DNA of 64,000 nucleotides, from assembly GCA_049322575.1 (NCBI GenBank), contig JBMORQ010000003.1, positions 17,719 through 81,718 on the forward strand, in the 5' to 3' direction. This DNA is from Patescibacteria group bacterium (GTDB taxonomy: Bacteria; Patescibacteriota; Microgenomatia; UBA1400; PJMF01). Below, piece by piece: positions 56,700-64,000 of the stretch (the stretch's first letter is position 1; every line of letters starts with the position of its first letter). The notes beneath the pieces were generated by a model. It did no database searches. It was not told where the DNA came from and saw nothing but the letters and a program-made list of their open reading frames with translations. Position numbers and translations under genes: made by a program.

Positions 56700-57758
56700 A
56701 TGACTTATCAAGACATCATCAACATTCTAGGAGAGCAAGCCGAGTACTATCTCGGTCATATTTGTCACAAAATCCCTAAAGATAAAATCCATGCTACCAA
56801 CCCAGATCATGTGCCGCAGATCTTTGGCTTTTCCGATCGTAATGAGCGGGTGGTCAATAATCTCCAGCGTTTGTATCAACACGGCCGCCTCGGAGGCACG
56901 GGTTATTTGTCGATTTTACCGGTAGATCAAGGAATCGAGCACACAGCCGGTTACTCTTTTACCCGTAACCCAAGTTACTTCAACCCCGACGAGGTTGTTA
57001 CCTTGGCCATCGAGGGCGGAGCTAACGGCATCGCTTCCACTCTTGGCCTATTGGGCTTGGTTAGCAAAAAATATGCCGACAAGATTCCTTTTATCGTCAA
57101 GATTAACCATAACGAGCTCCTAACCTATCCCACCAAGCATGACCAAATCCTGTTTGGCAATGTGCAGCAAGCCTACGACATGGGTGCAGCCGGCATTGGG
57201 GCAACCATTTATTTTGGCTCTGCTGAATCTAACCGCCAAATCGTGGAGATTTCTCAAGCATTTCATCAAGCACACAAACTGGGTCTTTTTACCATCCTCT
57301 GGTGCTATCCTCGCAATCCCGCCTGGGAGAAGGATGGCGTTAATTACGAGACGGCCGCTGATATTACCGGCCAAGCAATTCATCTAGGGGTAACTCTCGA
57401 GGCCGATATCATCAAACAGAAAATGCCCACGGTTGGCGAAGGCATGAAGACGTTTAACTTTGGCAAGTATGACGATGAGATGTACCAAAGTCTACTTACC
57501 AATCACCCCATTGATATGGTACGCTACCAAGTAGCCAATGCCTACGCTGGTAAAATCGGCTTGATCAATTCAGGCGGAGCGTATGGCGGGGAGACTGACT
57601 GGCGTGAAGCCGTCATCCAGGCGGTGGTCAATAAGCGGGCGGGCGGTGCCGGCTTAATCATGGGCCGCAAAATTTTTAACCGACCTTTCTGGCAAGGTGT
57701 AGAACTGATGAGAGCGGTGCAAGATGTCTACCTCGAAAAAGAAATAACTTTGGCTTGA
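56700..57758 (+). CDS. fbaB: Class I fructose-bisphosphate aldolase (DhnA/FbaB type)
   Basis: Collinear similarity to E. coli FbaB: 'LYQHGRLGGTGYLSILPVDQGIEH', 'IPFIVKINHNELLTYP', 'GAAGIGATIYFGS', 'ADIIKQKMP', 'LINSGGAYGGETD', 'INKRAGGAGLIMGRK'. Confidence 0.9.
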   Translation: MTYQDIINILGEQAEYYLGHICHKIPKDKIHATNPDHVPQIFGFSDRNERVVNNLQRLYQHGRLGGTGYLSILPVDQGIEHTAGYSFTRNPSYFNPDEVVTLAIEGGANGIASTLGLLGLVSKKYADKIPFIVKINHNELLTYPTKHDQILFGNVQQAYDMGAAGIGATIYFGSAESNRQIVEISQAFHQAHKLGLFTILWCYPRNPAWEKDGVNYETAADITGQAIHLGVTLEADIIKQKMPTVGEGMKTFNFGKYDDEMYQSLLTNHPIDMVRYQVANAYAGKIGLINSGGAYGGETDWREAVIQAVVNKRAGGAGLIMGRKIFNRPFWQGVELMRAVQDVYLEKEITLA

Positions 57759-57826
57759 GAGCTCTTGAGAAACTCTTCACAGCTTTTTCTCAGACCATTT
57801 TCTCTCAAGTCGAAAGAAAGGATCGT

Positions 57827-58264
57827 ATGAATAAAGCTGTCATTTTTTCTCTTGGCGTGGCGGTAGGACTAATTGGAGCAACTGTTTTAAGCCTGTTGTT
57901 TAGAGCCTTGAATCCGCCTGACGTACGATATTACCCACAAAACAACGGACAAATTGGCACTGACCCAACTTCACCAACTGGTAATAATATTGCCACTTGT
58001 GGTATTGAGCAATGCCATGGTGTAGATGTAACTTGCGGTAGCAATGTTCCCGAGGCTTGCACTCTAGAATTTAGAATCGATGATACCTGCCGCAGCTTGA
58101 TTCGCTGTCAGCAAACTGGCACGAGATGTGAGCTCGTCAAGGACGATGCTTTTGCAAATTGCCAAAACTGTGTAGAAAAATGCATGCAGCTCAGTGATGC
58201 TGACCAATCACTGAACTGTGCAACAAAATGCATAGGGCCGGACATTCCAGAGCTGAGCAACTAA
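57827..58264 (+). CDS. Membrane-anchored Cys-rich (12 Cys) extracytoplasmic protein, hypothetical
   Basis: TM 'AVIFSLGVAVGLIGATVLSLLF' then 'CGIEQCHGVDVTCGSN...CTLEF...CRSLIRCQQTGTRCELV...CQNCVEKCMQ...CATKCIG'. RBS AAAGGA before 57827. Confidence 0.5.
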   Translation: MNKAVIFSLGVAVGLIGATVLSLLFRALNPPDVRYYPQNNGQIGTDPTSPTGNNIATCGIEQCHGVDVTCGSNVPEACTLEFRIDDTCRSLIRCQQTGTRCELVKDDAFANCQNCVEKCMQLSDADQSLNCATKCIGPDIPELSN

Positions 58265-58281
58265 CAGTGAAATAAATTGGT

Positions 58282-58881
58282 CTACGTCTTGCTTTGAGCA
58301 AGCCGAGTTTTGAGTTTAAGTAGAGCTTGGTATCGGTGGCTAAGTTGGTTTTTTTGCTCTTGTCCCATTTCGGCAAAAGTTTGACGAAACCCATCCGGGA
58401 TAAAAAGTGGATCGTAACCAAAACCCTCTTGTCCACGGATTTCCCGTGCTATTTTTCCCTGGATTTGACCTTCAAAGTAGCGTGCGGTTTCGGTGGAAGG
58501 ATCAAACAAACACAAAACGGTAACAAAACGAGCCTGGCGTTGGTCATCTGGAATATCCGCTAGTCGCTCCAGCAGAGCATCATTTCTAGCGCGATCATCG
58601 CCAACCAGCCAACGAGCCGATTTAACGCCGGGAAAATTATCCAAAGCCTTAACCTCCAACCCAGAGTCATCAGCCACGGTTAACATGCCAGAGATCTCGG
58701 CAAAGGTTTGTGCTTTGATCAAGGCATTTTCAGCAAAAGTTTGACCTGTTTCCTCAACATCCAATCCGGTCACACCGCTTACTTCCGCCGGAGAAACTAA
58801 CGAAAAACCGAGGCCACCCAAAATTGAGCGCGCCTCGGCTAATTTACCTTGATTGTTTGTAGCAAAAAGAATATTGGCCAT
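58282..58881 (-). CDS. rdgB: Non-canonical purine NTP pyrophosphatase (RdgB/Ham1)
   Basis: 'ILFATNNQGKLAEA', 'TFAENALIKA', and a 'FGYDPLFIP' Ham1 signature. Confidence 0.85.
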   Translation of the reverse strand: MANILFATNNQGKLAEARSILGGLGFSLVSPAEVSGVTGLDVEETGQTFAENALIKAQTFAEISGMLTVADDSGLEVKALDNFPGVKSARWLVGDDRARNDALLERLADIPDDQRQARFVTVLCLFDPSTETARYFEGQIQGKIAREIRGQEGFGYDPLFIPDGFRQTFAEMGQEQKNQLSHRYQALLKLKTRLAQSKT

Positions 58882-58898
58882 TCTTGCTTGCTAATTTT

Positions 58899-59213
58899 TT
58901 ATTTACCTGCGCCAAACAAACCACCCATTCCACCGGTCATCTCTTGAAGTTTTTTAGCAGCTAACTCTTGAGATTGCTTAATAGCTTTGTTTAGGACATC
59001 GACAGCTTCTTGGCTAGTGATACCTTGTACGGAAAAACGCTTGATTTTTTGATCACCAGAAATAACAACCATGATGTCACCTTCCTCGACTGTGATTTCC
59101 TCAGCTGCCAAGTCTTGTTGCATTTTCTTGGCTTGTTGACGTAAGTTGTTTAAGTCACCCAGAGCTTTGAAAGGGTTGTTCATATTTTTCCTTAGACCGG
59201 TAACCCGGCACAA
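58899..59213 (-). CDS. ybaB: Nucleoid-associated protein YbaB/EbfC
   Basis: 104 aa; 'MNNPFKALGDLNNLRQQAKKMQQDL...' matches the YbaB family. Confidence 0.85.
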   Translation of the reverse strand: MCRVTGLRKNMNNPFKALGDLNNLRQQAKKMQQDLAAEEITVEEGDIMVVISGDQKIKRFSVQGITSQEAVDVLNKAIKQSQELAAKKLQEMTGGMGGLFGAGK

Positions 59214-59346
59214 CTAACAATATGGCTAGATTCTACTAAAGTTTGCGAAAAATGGGAATGTGAGGAAAGGGGGTTTATTAAAACTATGTGTTTGAAGATA
59301 CTTATCCATTGATAAGAACTGCTATCTCTATACAAACTTTATGTCT

Positions 59347-60006
59347 TCAAGAACCAGAAGCATTGTCGCTTTGGTTGAAATTGGATAAAAACTTTTCAAG
59401 TTCAGAATTTTGCTGGCAACTATTAAGTAGTTGACTCAAACTAAACCTGAAGAAAACCGGCCCCCTGTTCATTCCCATCACACGGTAAAAAATAAACGTC
59501 AACTGATCAGGAAAAGATGATTTGTGATAGTAAACAGCTTCTTCAAATAAAGAACCTCTTTGAAAACCAAACCTCTGTAGAAGATGCGCAAGGTTATCAT
59601 TAGCAAAACAAATGATCTCTTGCTCATTCGACTTAAAATATTCTTTTCTTGATAACTTCTCGATTAAACTTGAAAATCCTGTTGCCAACATTTGAAAAAT
59701 GTGTCTCTTAATACTATGTCCCACGTTTGGAATTTGATTTATATCAAAATCAACCCTGAAAGGCATAAAATGAAGTTCGTAACGACCACTATATTGCTGA
59801 AGAATTACGCCATGGTGTTCAAATTTCATCAGGTTTCCCTGATCATCAGTTATAATTGATGACTGGACGTTCCAGTCGTATTCCTTAACTAGCTTAGCAA
59901 CTTGATCAAGTATCTCACTGTATCTCTCTAACAATTCTTGGCCCTCGATGGGTCCCTCATTTTCACTGTAATCAGGTTGTTGTTCTTGTTCAGACATGTT
60001 TTTCAA
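59347..60006 (-). CDS. Hypothetical protein (219 aa) inserted between dnaX and ybaB
   Basis: A clean ORF with no recognised motifs and an acidic N-terminus. Confidence 0.5.
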   Translation of the reverse strand: MKNMSEQEQQPDYSENEGPIEGQELLERYSEILDQVAKLVKEYDWNVQSSIITDDQGNLMKFEHHGVILQQYSGRYELHFMPFRVDFDINQIPNVGHSIKRHIFQMLATGFSSLIEKLSRKEYFKSNEQEIICFANDNLAHLLQRFGFQRGSLFEEAVYYHKSSFPDQLTFIFYRVMGMNRGPVFFRFSLSQLLNSCQQNSELEKFLSNFNQSDNASGS

Positions 60007-60026
60007 GTTTATTTTGTTTATCTTTC

Positions 60027-61766
60027 TTACATCAAAACATCCTTGACCATGCCAGACAGATCTTCAGCTGGTTTAGTCACTTCCTTCAACTCTGTTTCTT
60101 TCGGCATTTCTTGAAGCAAAAAATTGAATTTGATTGGTACTCCAACTAGTTTTTGGCTACAAGCCTCAATCACCGAATAAAACTTAGGTAGTTGCAGCTG
60201 TTCTTGATGAAAACGATAATAAACCCCAACCTTGGCAGTTCCCTCTGAGGAAACCAAAGGGGTGCTTGATCGTAACAAAGCAGCCAAACTCGGGTTTTCT
60301 TGAGCAACAGTTCTAACGAAATCTTCCCATCTATCAAGCAAAAGCTGAGTCCGTCCCTCATCAGCTGTTGGCGGTGATTCCGGAATTGAGTCGGTTTTAC
60401 AAGACAAAGCCGTAACTTTATCTCCAAGCTCTTGAACTCTTTTAACCACTTCAACAGAACCAGCATCAACCTCAAGAGAAGCTATGTCTTTGTCTAGTTG
60501 TTCAGCAATCTCGGAATTTTTCACTATGTCTGAGAGGTCATTAGAATTTTTTTTTATGTCCTGGTCAGCCTGGGTTTGAACTGTAACCACCACTTTTTGC
60601 TTAGCCTGCTCTGGAGATGTCATGCCTCGGTTTTGCCCATTACCTGACCCATTGCCCTGGTTTTTATTTTTGGAACGTTCTAAGAGCTCCAAAAGCTTGA
60701 GCTCTAGAGGCAAGAACTCGATTGGCGATGCTAAGTTGGTGTTGATGGTTAAAAGCTCACTAGTCAAAAAACGAATTACAGGCTGGCTTGCAAAGGCGGA
60801 CGTCACCGGAGGCTGAGTCTCAAGGCCAAAACTTGATATTAAATGGCGATGTAGATAGTCAAAAAGTGATTTATAGAAAAATTTTTCATCAATATCTCGT
60901 TGTCGTAGATCTTCAAAAAATTGACAAACAGCCTGCTCGTTTTTGGCTAGGACTGCTTGTAAAAGCTTCTGCAAATCCTGCTCAAGATCGGTTCCAAGTA
61001 GTTGTTGGGCCTTATTCAGTTGGGTAGCACCAGCGTCGGCTAAGTGCTCTAAAAGTTTGACGGCATCGCGGAAACTGCCATCGGCTCGAGCCGCCACTAA
61101 CTCAAAGACTTCTGATTCAATTTTTAACTTCTCAGCAGAAGCAATACTTTTAAGTGCTGCAACGATTTCATCTAAATTTGCCTTACGAAACTCGATCTTG
61201 GTACATCTTGATACTATCGTAGCTGGTAACTTGTGCAACTCGGTTGTAGCCAAAATGAAAACTACATGCGGCGGCGGCTCCTCAAGGATTTTTAGCAAGG
61301 CGTTGAATGCCTCGGTTGTTAGCATGTGAGCTTCATCAAGGATGAAAACCGACATTTTCCCAGATTGAGGTGGAAGGAGGACGCGCTCGCGCAGCGAGCG
61401 CACATCGTCGATGCCTCGATTGCTGGCTGCATCCATCTCTTGAACAACAAACGACTGGCCATCAAAAATTCCTCGAGCAAAATCTGCCTCATTGTCTGGT
61501 TCCATTAGCACCATTTTTTTTGGAGCAGGCTTCTTAAAAAAAAGCGCGTCGACCACAGCGGCATTTTGAGGATCATTGAGCATGGCTCCTATAATACGAG
61601 ACGTCGAGGTTTTACCCGTTCCTTTAGGGCCGGCAAAAAGCAGCACCTGAGGAAAACTACCTTTTGCCATCATGGCCAAAATCACCTGTCGCACATTTGT
61701 TAGGTGTAGTTCCTCAATTTTTTTGGGCCGATATTTGCGAAACCAAGTCATTTTTATCTTTTGCAA
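60027..61766 (-). CDS. dnaX: DNA polymerase III subunit gamma/tau
   Basis: 'LLFAGPKGTGKTSTSRIIG' Walker A, 'ILDEAHMLT' Walker B, 'ATTELHKLPATIVSRC' sensor-2 region. Confidence 0.9.
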   Translation of the reverse strand: MQKIKMTWFRKYRPKKIEELHLTNVRQVILAMMAKGSFPQVLLFAGPKGTGKTSTSRIIGAMLNDPQNAAVVDALFFKKPAPKKMVLMEPDNEADFARGIFDGQSFVVQEMDAASNRGIDDVRSLRERVLLPPQSGKMSVFILDEAHMLTTEAFNALLKILEEPPPHVVFILATTELHKLPATIVSRCTKIEFRKANLDEIVAALKSIASAEKLKIESEVFELVAARADGSFRDAVKLLEHLADAGATQLNKAQQLLGTDLEQDLQKLLQAVLAKNEQAVCQFFEDLRQRDIDEKFFYKSLFDYLHRHLISSFGLETQPPVTSAFASQPVIRFLTSELLTINTNLASPIEFLPLELKLLELLERSKNKNQGNGSGNGQNRGMTSPEQAKQKVVVTVQTQADQDIKKNSNDLSDIVKNSEIAEQLDKDIASLEVDAGSVEVVKRVQELGDKVTALSCKTDSIPESPPTADEGRTQLLLDRWEDFVRTVAQENPSLAALLRSSTPLVSSEGTAKVGVYYRFHQEQLQLPKFYSVIEACSQKLVGVPIKFNFLLQEMPKETELKEVTKPAEDLSGMVKDVLM

Positions 61767-61848
61767 AAAATAATCGGTTGATAATGGTCACACTACCAAT
61801 AAGCCAGCCACATACTAACTTACAGATCTCAGAAAACAGAATCAACTA

Positions 61849-62238
61849 CTAATCGTGGTGATAACCAAGTAGATGCATTAAACCGTGTTCTAAGTAAAAA
61901 CACAATCGATCATCCACTAGCTTTCCGTATCGCCTTGCTGTCTCTACCGCAAAAGGATAGCAAATGACGATATCACCTAGATGTGGTAAAAAACCCGGTG
62001 GTAAAGGAAAATCTTGCAATTGGTTACGTTCATGCTGAGGAAAAGATAAAACATCTGTCACACCCTGGTGTCGTAGCCGCTCCTCATTGAGTTGTTGAAT
62101 CTTTCTTTTGCCAACAATCGAGACATCAACTTGGGCATTCTCAATTTTATGTGCCTTTAATACTCGATCGACCGTTTGACGCATTTTTTTGCGATTTATT
62201 AAATATCTCGAACCAACAAATAAATGTGTTTTTATCAT
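61849..62238 (-). CDS. ybeY: Endoribonuclease YbeY (rRNA maturation factor)
   Basis: The terminal 'HGLMHLLGYHH' H3xH5xH zinc motif; 129 aa. Confidence 0.85.
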   Translation of the reverse strand: MIKTHLFVGSRYLINRKKMRQTVDRVLKAHKIENAQVDVSIVGKRKIQQLNEERLRHQGVTDVLSFPQHERNQLQDFPLPPGFLPHLGDIVICYPFAVETARRYGKLVDDRLCFYLEHGLMHLLGYHHD

Positions 62239-62247
62239 ATTTTTCTG

Positions 62248-63150
62248 CTATTTATTTGCAAATGAGTTGTCCTGTGAGGCAAGTTGCTGCTTGTCTTCCC
62301 ACTTCAGACTAATCGGACCTAGGGGAATTTTATCTTCCGGATCATCAACAAAAAGCAACATTACCTTGCCTTTAGTCTTTGGACTCCATATCTTGCCTTC
62401 TCGGATCACTTCCGGTGACCCGCCCGACTGTTTTTTAACCCACATGGCAGGACCAGCATCAGCTACCACGCCAACCACGGCTACTTCTTCGGCTGGATTG
62501 ATCACAACCATTTTGCGATATTTGTACCATGGCTTAAGTTCAGGATAGTTTTCATTCCAATCAGGCAGATACATTAGCTGAACAGCGAAGTAGTATTTTT
62601 CACGCTCTATGGCTTTTTTTGTTAGCTCACCGCTCTCCAAAAACCAACCAAAAGCACCTCGATTTGGTGCAATGCCAGCCTCTTGATAGGCATCGTGTTG
62701 GTCTAGGGTATCTCCTGGATAGCGTTTGAGATGCTGCTCCGAGCCCATTATTCCAATCGTGTGATTCAACCTATGACCATCGAGCTCTGCCGTAACTTCA
62801 AAGCCCAACATATCCGCTAATTGCTGTTCCAAATACAACTCGTCATCAGATTTCAAATGACCTGCTGGCATGTTAACATAGCTCACCATCTTACCGATGA
62901 TCTCCTGATGCTCTTCCTGAGTGATTTTTACTGTCAAAGGGTCAGGTTTTTCCTGTTCTTGCGCCTGGACCGAGGTAGGATTGACTGGACTTGGGTTATT
63001 CATGGCCACCTGACCAGCAAAAGAAATAGCTGCTAAGAACTGTTGTGACTTACTTTTCAGAGATTTGTCATCCTTGGCCTTAACCAACCCCAAAGAGTTT
63101 GTATTCTGGGCAGAAGACTGGACACTGATGGCTGGCAGACTATCCGGCAT
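62248..63150 (-). CDS. Hypothetical protein, possibly extracytoplasmic, with a weak RlpA-like double-psi beta-barrel resemblance at the C-terminus
   Basis: 300 aa. 'VVINPAEEVAVVGVVADAGPAMW' loosely resembles the DPBB 'V.V.N..NG.sv.vrinDRGP' pattern. No confident assignment. Confidence 0.45.
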   Translation of the reverse strand: MPDSLPAISVQSSAQNTNSLGLVKAKDDKSLKSKSQQFLAAISFAGQVAMNNPSPVNPTSVQAQEQEKPDPLTVKITQEEHQEIIGKMVSYVNMPAGHLKSDDELYLEQQLADMLGFEVTAELDGHRLNHTIGIMGSEQHLKRYPGDTLDQHDAYQEAGIAPNRGAFGWFLESGELTKKAIEREKYYFAVQLMYLPDWNENYPELKPWYKYRKMVVINPAEEVAVVGVVADAGPAMWVKKQSGGSPEVIREGKIWSPKTKGKVMLLFVDDPEDKIPLGPISLKWEDKQQLASQDNSFANK

Positions 63151-63159
63151 ATGTTTGTC

Positions 63160-64000
63160 TTACTTTTTACTCTGCAAAAAAAGAATAGCTTGCTGTATGC
63201 GTCTAAAGCTTTCTTCTTGACCTAAAACTGTCATGACTTCAAACAGGGGCGGGGTGGCTTTGCGGGCCGTAACAGCCGACCTCAGCGCCATAAAGACGTC
63301 TTTATGCTTCCAACCAAGTTGATCGGCACATCCCCGGACTGCTGCTTCCCACAAATCCGCACGCCACTCATTCAATTCTTTAAGAGTCGTTAATACTAGC
63401 TGTAAAGCTTGGCTCATTTCCTCTGGTGAATGCTTCTGTAGAATGTCATCAAGATCATAGTTTAAGTCAGTTTCGTAATACATGGCTAGCAGCTCTGGTA
63501 ATTCGCCAAATATCTTGAGACGCTCGTGACTCAAGGATAGCGCACTTCTAAAAAGATCTGGCTTGCTTTTCTGCCAATCGAGTAACTGGGAGGCGCCTTT
63601 TTTGATGTTTTGGTCGGCACCTTTTGCCACTACCCATTCGGCCCACTGCAAAACTTCTTTTAAGAGTTCATCCAAAGATGTGTGACGAATGTAATGTCCA
63701 TTGAGCCAAGTGAGTTTGGTAACATCAAAGATTGGACCGGTCACATTGAGTTGCTCCCACTCAAATTCCTCAAGCATCTTTTGGCGATCAAAAATCTCTG
63801 ACTCATCGTCTGGTTTCCATATAATCATGGCCAGAAAATTCTCGAAGGCCTGCGGTAAAAACCCCTGCTCACGGTACCACCAGATAGAGGTATTCCCCTT
63901 GCGTTTCGACAGTTTGGAGCGGTCTGGATTGCGCAAGGTCGGTGTGTGAATAAAAACTGGAGGTTCCCATGAGAAAAATTCGTATAGCAAAACATGTTTA
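63160..64000 (-). CDS. gltX: Glutamate--tRNA ligase, C-terminal part; the N-terminus lies beyond the window end
   Basis: 'KLSKRKGNTSIWWYREQGFLPQAF' KMSKS-type motif and the GluRS anticodon-binding region. The ORF is open to position 64000. Confidence 0.85.
   Translation of the reverse strand, partial: KHVLLYEFFSWEPPVFIHTPTLRNPDRSKLSKRKGNTSIWWYREQGFLPQAFENFLAMIIWKPDDESEIFDRQKMLEEFEWEQLNVTGPIFDVTKLTWLNGHYIRHTSLDELLKEVLQWAEWVVAKGADQNIKKGASQLLDWQKSKPDLFRSALSLSHERLKIFGELPELLAMYYETDLNYDLDDILQKHSPEEMSQALQLVLTTLKELNEWRADLWEAAVRGCADQLGWKHKDVFMALRSAVTARKATPPLFEVMTVLGQEESFRRIQQAILFLQSKK

Noticed and set aside
56222-56701. 159-aa minus-strand ORF in the glgP-fbaB intergenic region
   Set aside because: Low-complexity Ala/Gly/Pro/Lys-rich translation of a GC-rich spacer. 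It overlaps the plus-strand small ORF that has a strong RBS and terminator, and has no start context.
1-64000. CRISPR arrays, toxin-antitoxin pairs, restriction-modification systems
   Set aside because: I scanned intergenic regions and small adjacent ORF pairs. No regularly spaced direct repeats, no methyltransferase or restriction motifs, and no convincing TA-like small pairs were seen.

Overview
This is a 64 kb window from a low-GC, gene-dense bacterial chromosome. Content such as LCP, SipW/TasA, DUF3048, YflT and DUF333 suggests a Gram-positive-like envelope; affiliation with a small-genome lineage (Firmicutes-like or CPR/Patescibacteria-like) is inference only. All calls rest on reading the supplied ORF translations and the DNA by eye. 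The window opens with a truncated LCP gene. A cell-surface glycan cluster follows (1.0-12.1 kb): rmlB, rmlD, a GDP-deoxyhexose reductase-like gene, gmd, a GtrB-GtrA fusion, two Dpm1-like GT2 enzymes and two or three GT-C membrane glycosyltransferases. Next come a sensorless two-component pair, tRNA-Gln, a stand-alone Cas4-like PD-(D/E)XK nuclease, and an extracytoplasmic redox and protease group (sppA, a thioredoxin-CcdA fusion, a DsbA-like gene). Housekeeping genes follow: prmC, recJ, cca, secD, secF, rseP, frr and an rmlA-like gene. The accessory segment of most interest lies at roughly 34.3-50.8 kb. It is punctuated by three copies of a palindromic MITE-like repeat (two of 165 bp, one minimal copy of 56 bp). 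It contains a tightly overlapping minus-strand operon: a TasA-like subunit, a SipW-type signal peptidase, a 979-aa secreted protein carrying the same SipW-cognate signal peptide plus a TasA-like N-domain, and a 464-aa protein with a TasA-like N-domain, an FN3 domain and a polytopic membrane anchor. This looks like a SipW/TasA-type surface fibre system with unusual giant and membrane-anchored TasA-fold components. The same segment holds tRNA-Glu behind a consensus sigma70 promoter, a small CxxC redox protein with an ArsP-like permease and an FAD oxidoreductase, YflT-like and BON stress proteins, and a 1011-aa secreted protein (SGNH-like hydrolase domain, three PKD domains, two CBM-like beta-sandwich repeats). 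Next to that is an 800-aa orphan protein with no recognisable domains. The rest of the window is housekeeping: HAD hydrolases, an RRM RNA-binding protein, glgP, class I fbaB, rdgB, ybaB, dnaX, ybeY and a partial gltX. No CRISPR array, transposase or integrase was seen.
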